A stretch of DNA of 24,000 nucleotides from Arenimonas terrae (lineage in GTDB: Bacteria; Pseudomonadota; Gammaproteobacteria; Xanthomonadales; Xanthomonadaceae), in NCBI RefSeq assembly GCF_006265115.1, contig NZ_SMDR01000003.1, positions 323,694 through 347,693 on the forward strand, in the 5' to 3' direction. Below, one piece after another: positions 21,221 through 24,000 of the stretch. Every line of letters begins with the position of its first letter. The first letter of the stretch is position 1. A model generated the notes under the pieces. That model was not told the origin of the DNA. It made no database searches and worked only from the letters and a program-made list of their open reading frames with translations. The translations under genes and the position numbers were made by a program.

Positions 21221-21487
21221 TCAGTGGCGCTTGGGATCAGCTCGCCACGCCGGCATGGTCGCCAACAGCGCCCTCGCCATTTCCCGAGCCACGCCGGCAT
21301 CTAGATCCTGCTGGCGGATGAAGTAGTCCGCGTTCGCGCGCAGTACCTCGTCGTAGGGCTTGAGTTCGCCGGAATCGTCGCCGCAGGTGGAGCAGTAAAG
21401 CGCTCCGATCCGTCCGCCGGCGAAGTCTTCCGGGGTCCGCATCGGAAAGCCGCAGGATCCGCAGGACGGGCAATAGGGTTCGGACAT
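21221..21487 (-). CDS. Putative zinc-ribbon domain protein (88 aa)
   Basis: MSEPYCPSCGSCGFPM..GALYCSTCGD: CxxC...CxxC arrangement like the putative zinc ribbon family, which I recall as often found next to regulators. Confidence 0.6.
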   Translation of the reverse strand: MSEPYCPSCGSCGFPMRTPEDFAGGRIGALYCSTCGDDSGELKPYDEVLRANADYFIRQQDLDAGVAREMARALLATMPAWRADPKRH

Positions 21488-21496
21488 GGCGGTCTC

Positions 21497-22102
21497 TCAG
21501 GGACGGACGAAGTCGAGGAACTGCGCTTTGAGTTCGGCGCCTCGGGCGCGGATTACGCTGGCATCGGGCGCCAGCAGATCGCGGTTCATCAGGAAGTGGT
21601 TCGTCCAAGCGATCCAGAGGTTGGAAAGCGCGGCCGAGCTGCCAGCGCGGACTGTTCCTGTCGCCAGATCGCGTTCATGGGCTTCGCGCAGGCGCCAAGC
21701 CACTCCCGCCTGTAGCGCAAAAACCCGCGCCCGCGCCGCGAGCGGAAGAGTCGAGGCTTCCCGGAGAAGGCAGGCATAGAGCACTTCATGTTCCGCCAGA
21801 GCGAGCAGATGCGCGTCCAATACTTCGCTCAACGTCGGGGTGTCGCTGGGCATTTCAGCCAGCCGCCGCGACATCTCGCGGCCCACCTCCTCCACGAGTT
21901 CGGTTACCAGCGCGTCGCGAGTCTGGAAGTGTACGAATACCGTGCCGTGGGCCTTCCCGGTCTCCTTCGCAATTGCTGCCGTGGTCGTTCCGGCGAAACC
22001 ATGGACGGCTACCATTCGCAGTCCCGCTTCTAGAAGCTGCCGGCGGGTGTTTTCGCGTTGCCGCTGCCGGCTCTGGCCTCGGGGTGTCGCTTGGATAGTC
22101 AT
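21497..22102 (-). CDS. TetR/AcrR-family transcriptional regulator
   Basis: 201 aa. N-terminal HTH: TRRQLLEAGLRMVAVHGFAGTTTAAIAKETGKAHGTVFVHFQTRDAL. ATG overlaps the upstream gene's stop (ATGA, 22099-22102). Confidence 0.85.
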   Translation of the reverse strand: MTIQATPRGQSRQRQRENTRRQLLEAGLRMVAVHGFAGTTTAAIAKETGKAHGTVFVHFQTRDALVTELVEEVGREMSRRLAEMPSDTPTLSEVLDAHLLALAEHEVLYACLLREASTLPLAARARVFALQAGVAWRLREAHERDLATGTVRAGSSAALSNLWIAWTNHFLMNRDLLAPDASVIRARGAELKAQFLDFVRP

Positions 22103-23049
22103 GGCTTGTCGCTCAATGAGCTTTTGCTCATTTTAATTGGGGCATGGGTGCAAAGCGCGGTTTGGGTTCCACGCGACAAATCCGGCGCATCCGCCGCAAC
22201 ACTGGACAAGCCAACCGATGTAGGCGGGTGATCGCCAAAGGTCGTGGCATGCTGGACCGACGCAGCGCCGCAGCCGTCAATGTCGGGCACGATGCCAGTG
22301 CCCCCCGCTATCACGCCGGTCACGGGCGACACTGGCAGCAAAGCCGTCGCGACATGAAGCAGTGGGTTCGTGGGGAAGCGTTTTAGAAGAACCGCCAGCG
22401 GTTCGTCCGGCGCTGGTTCTGACCCCCTACCGCCTTTGACGGACTGCCGATGCGGCAGGGACGCTCGGGCGACATCTTCGATCACGACTAGGGCATTCCC
22501 TGCCCCGTAGATGGACGAGATGGGTGGGCCAAGCAGCATCCAGAGGATCGTTGCGCTCATCAGGCCCATGATCCGAGCGGTGCGGCGCCACAGCGCCGGG
22601 AGCGCCACCGTCGGCGGATCTGGAGTGACCACTGTCGCCCCCCGGAGTGATTCAGCGTTTTCGAGCGCGGTACGGGCGGACAAGGGAGCCTCGGCGACCG
22701 TCGCGCCAGAGGCGAGCCTGCTGACTGGCGCCAGCAGGCGATAACCATGCTTGGGGATGGTCTGGATGTAGTCCTTGCGCTTACGGGCATCGAACGCCTT
22801 CCGCAGCACGGCCACAGCCTGGGTCAGCACTTCGTCGTTGGGCAGCGTGCCCGCCCAGACGCGTTCCATCAGCGTCTCTCGGCTCACCACGCGCCCGGCG
22901 TGCTCGGCCAGCAGGAGCAACACGCCTTGCGCCTTAACGGTGATGCGAACAGGCGCCCGATGTCCCTTCGCCTCCGAGACTTCCCGGAGGGCCAAATCCA
23001 CGATGAAGTCGCCTATCCGAAGCCGGTGGTCAGCGCGCCGGCCTGTCAT
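22099..23049 (-). CDS. ToxR/CadC-like membrane-anchored regulator: N-terminal OmpR/PhoB-type winged helix, one TM helix, uncharacterised C-terminal region
   Basis: LRIGDFIVDLALREV..ITVKAQGVLLLLAEHAGRVVSRETLMERVWAGTLPNDEVLTQAVAVLRKAF..YIQTIPKHGYRLLAP is a Trans_reg_C domain. TM: IMGLMSATILWMLLGPPI. The last ~130 aa have no recognisable domain and contain the internal TetR promoter/operator. No SD before ATG 23049. Confidence 0.65.
   Translation of the reverse strand: MTGRRADHRLRIGDFIVDLALREVSEAKGHRAPVRITVKAQGVLLLLAEHAGRVVSRETLMERVWAGTLPNDEVLTQAVAVLRKAFDARKRKDYIQTIPKHGYRLLAPVSRLASGATVAEAPLSARTALENAESLRGATVVTPDPPTVALPALWRRTARIMGLMSATILWMLLGPPISSIYGAGNALVVIEDVARASLPHRQSVKGGRGSEPAPDEPLAVLLKRFPTNPLLHVATALLPVSPVTGVIAGGTGIVPDIDGCGAASVQHATTFGDHPPTSVGLSSVAADAPDLSRGTQTALCTHAPIKMSKSSLSDKP
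22115..22135 (-). promoter_or_regulatory. Candidate TetR operator O1 (AATGAGC-N4-GCTCATT) overlapping a TAAAAT -10-like hexamer
   Basis: Perfect 7-4-7 palindrome at 22115-22132, 13 nt upstream of the TetR ATG. Minus strand reads TTAAAATGAGCAAAAGCTCATT. The 11-mer TAAAATGAGCA recurs at 23105-23115. Confidence 0.55.
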
Positions 23050-23086
23050 TGAAGAGAGGTGGAACGGGTCATTATCTTAGATGACA

Positions 23087-23115
23087 ACCAACTCACTGAG
23101 TTGGTGCTCATTTTA
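23087..23115 (-). promoter_or_regulatory. Operator/promoter region upstream of the CadC-like gene: 9-bp-arm palindrome plus O1-like site O2
   Basis: ACCAACTCA-C-TGAGTTGGT (23087-23105). actgagttggtgctcatt (23095-23112) is 14/18 identical to O1. Shared TAAAATGAGCA on the minus strand. A GATAAT -10-like hexamer lies at 23071-23076. Confidence 0.5.
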
Positions 23116-23168
23116 TGCCGTGGCTACACAAATGCAAGCCCCCCCCTGGCGCCTGCCCCTATCAAGGC

Positions 23169-23198
23169 AAAAAAGCGGCCCGGATTTCTCCGGGCCGC
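23169..23198 (-). terminator. Rho-independent terminator of glnA
   Basis: Minus strand reads GCGGCCCGGA-GAAA-TCCGGGCCGC followed by TTTTTT, 28 nt after the glnA stop. Confidence 0.85.
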
Positions 23199-23225
23199 GG
23201 GCATCCGACGTGATCCGGGGGAGGA

Positions 23226-24000
23226 TCAGATGCCGTAGTACATCGCGTACTCGAGCGGGTGCGTGGCCGCGCGGAACTTGGTCACTTCGCCCATCTTCAG
23301 GGCGATGTAGCCGTCGATGAAGTCGTCGCTCATCACGCCGCCGGCCTTGAGGAACTCGCGGTCCTTGTCCAGCGCCTCGAGGGCCTGATCGAGCGAGTGG
23401 CAGACGGTCGGGATGTTCTTCTCTTCTTCCGGCGGCAGGTCGTACAGGTCCTTGTCGCTGGGCGCACCCGGGTCGATCTTGTTCTTGATGCCGTCCAGGC
23501 CGGCCATCATCAGCGCGGTGAAGGTGAGGTAGCCGGTGTTCATCGGATCCGGGAAGCGGATCTCGATGCGGCGCGCCTTCGGGTTGGACACGTAGGGGAT
23601 GCGGCAGCTGGCCGAGCGGTTGCGGGCCGAATAGGCCAGCATCACCGGCGCTTCGAAGCCCGGCACCAGGCGCTTGTAGCTGTTGGTGGTGGAGTTGGCG
23701 AAGGCGTTGATGGCGCGCGCGTGCTTGAAGATGCCGCCGATGTACCACAGCGCCATCTGGCTCAGGCCGCCGTAACCGTCACCGGAGAACAGGTTCACGC
23801 CGCCCTTGGACAGCGACTGGTGCACGTGCATGCCGCTGCCGTTGTCGCCGACCAGCGGCTTGGGCAGGAAGGTGGCGGTCTTGCCGTTGCGGTGGGCGAC
23901 GTTCTTGATGATGTACTTCATCATCAGCAGCTCGTCGGCCTTCTTCACCAGCGAGTTGAACTTGGTGCCGATCTCGCACTGGCCGGCGTTGGCCACTTCG
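23226..24000 (-). CDS. glnA: Glutamine synthetase type I, C-terminal ~257 codons; gene continues beyond the right edge
   Basis: [63 protein letters not shown] and the adenylylation-loop region [11 protein letters not shown] are all GlnA type I signatures. The track's Met at 23996 is internal. Confidence 0.95.
   Translation of the reverse strand, partial: EVANAGQCEIGTKFNSLVKKADELLMMKYIIKNVAHRNGKTATFLPKPLVGDNGSGMHVHQSLSKGGVNLFSGDGYGGLSQMALWYIGGIFKHARAINAFANSTTNSYKRLVPGFEAPVMLAYSARNRSASCRIPYVSNPKARRIEIRFPDPMNTGYLTFTALMMAGLDGIKNKIDPGAPSDKDLYDLPPEEEKNIPTVCHSLDQALEALDKDREFLKAGGVMSDDFIDGYIALKMGEVTKFRAATHPLEYAMYYGI

Noticed and set aside
1-24000. CRISPR arrays, tRNA/rRNA genes, IS elements, integrases, toxin-antitoxin pairs
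   Set aside because: I saw no regularly spaced direct repeats, no tRNA-like cloverleaf ends, and no transposase, integrase or obvious TA-like ORFs while reading the window. A proper scan (tRNAscan, ISfinder, CRISPR detection) could still find small elements I missed.

Overview
High-GC (about 70% by hand spot counts) proteobacterial DNA. NtrB, GlnA and the gene families present look Xanthomonadales/Lysobacterales-like, but I cannot verify taxonomy. There are two lower-GC (about 60%) segments. All calls come from reading the sequence and ORF translations; no database search was run. (1) 1-5261: one end of a non-flagellar type III secretion (injectisome) cluster on the minus strand, AraC regulator -> TPR protein -> sctS -> sctT -> sctU -> sctV. 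sctV runs off the left edge and is missing from the ORF track; I translated it by hand. An AT-rich junction (about 5262-5400) joins it directly to the 3' end of an NtrB-type kinase gene that has no ntrC beside it. (2) 5517-20236: high-GC segment with ntrB, a SemiSWEET/PQ-loop-like 3-TM protein, and many general-stress-type genes: ferritin-like protein, PA2169/DUF2383 four-helix-bundle protein, UbiB/ABC1 kinase, acidic lipoprotein, YghA-like SDR, and a BON-domain protein with a long G/Q/Y/N-rich low-complexity region. It also holds a Cys-rich metal-binding protein and a three-gene signalling operon: sigma54 enhancer-binding response regulator, a 92-aa H-box-only protein, and a PAS-rich hybrid histidine kinase. 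(3) 20315-23049: a four-gene lower-GC operon (ToxR/CadC-like membrane wHTH regulator, TetR, zinc-ribbon protein, secreted tandem NTF2-like protein) lying just downstream of the glnA terminator; glnA (23226-24000) runs off the right edge. Main finding: six sigma54-type -24/-12 promoter-like elements (two exact TGGCAC-N5-TTGC, four with one mismatch). All are intergenic. Five face the stress-type operons; the sixth is an orphan after the kinase stop codon that could make a short RNA or an antisense transcript. With the local EBP, hybrid kinase and H-box-only protein (candidate minimal phosphotransferase), this looks like a self-contained sigma54-driven stress/dormancy regulon with its own phosphorelay, which I do not recognise as a described system. 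No rRNA, tRNA, CRISPR array, transposase or integrase was recognised. The many very long Arg/Pro/Ala-rich ORFs in the track are alternate-frame or antisense artefacts of high GC.
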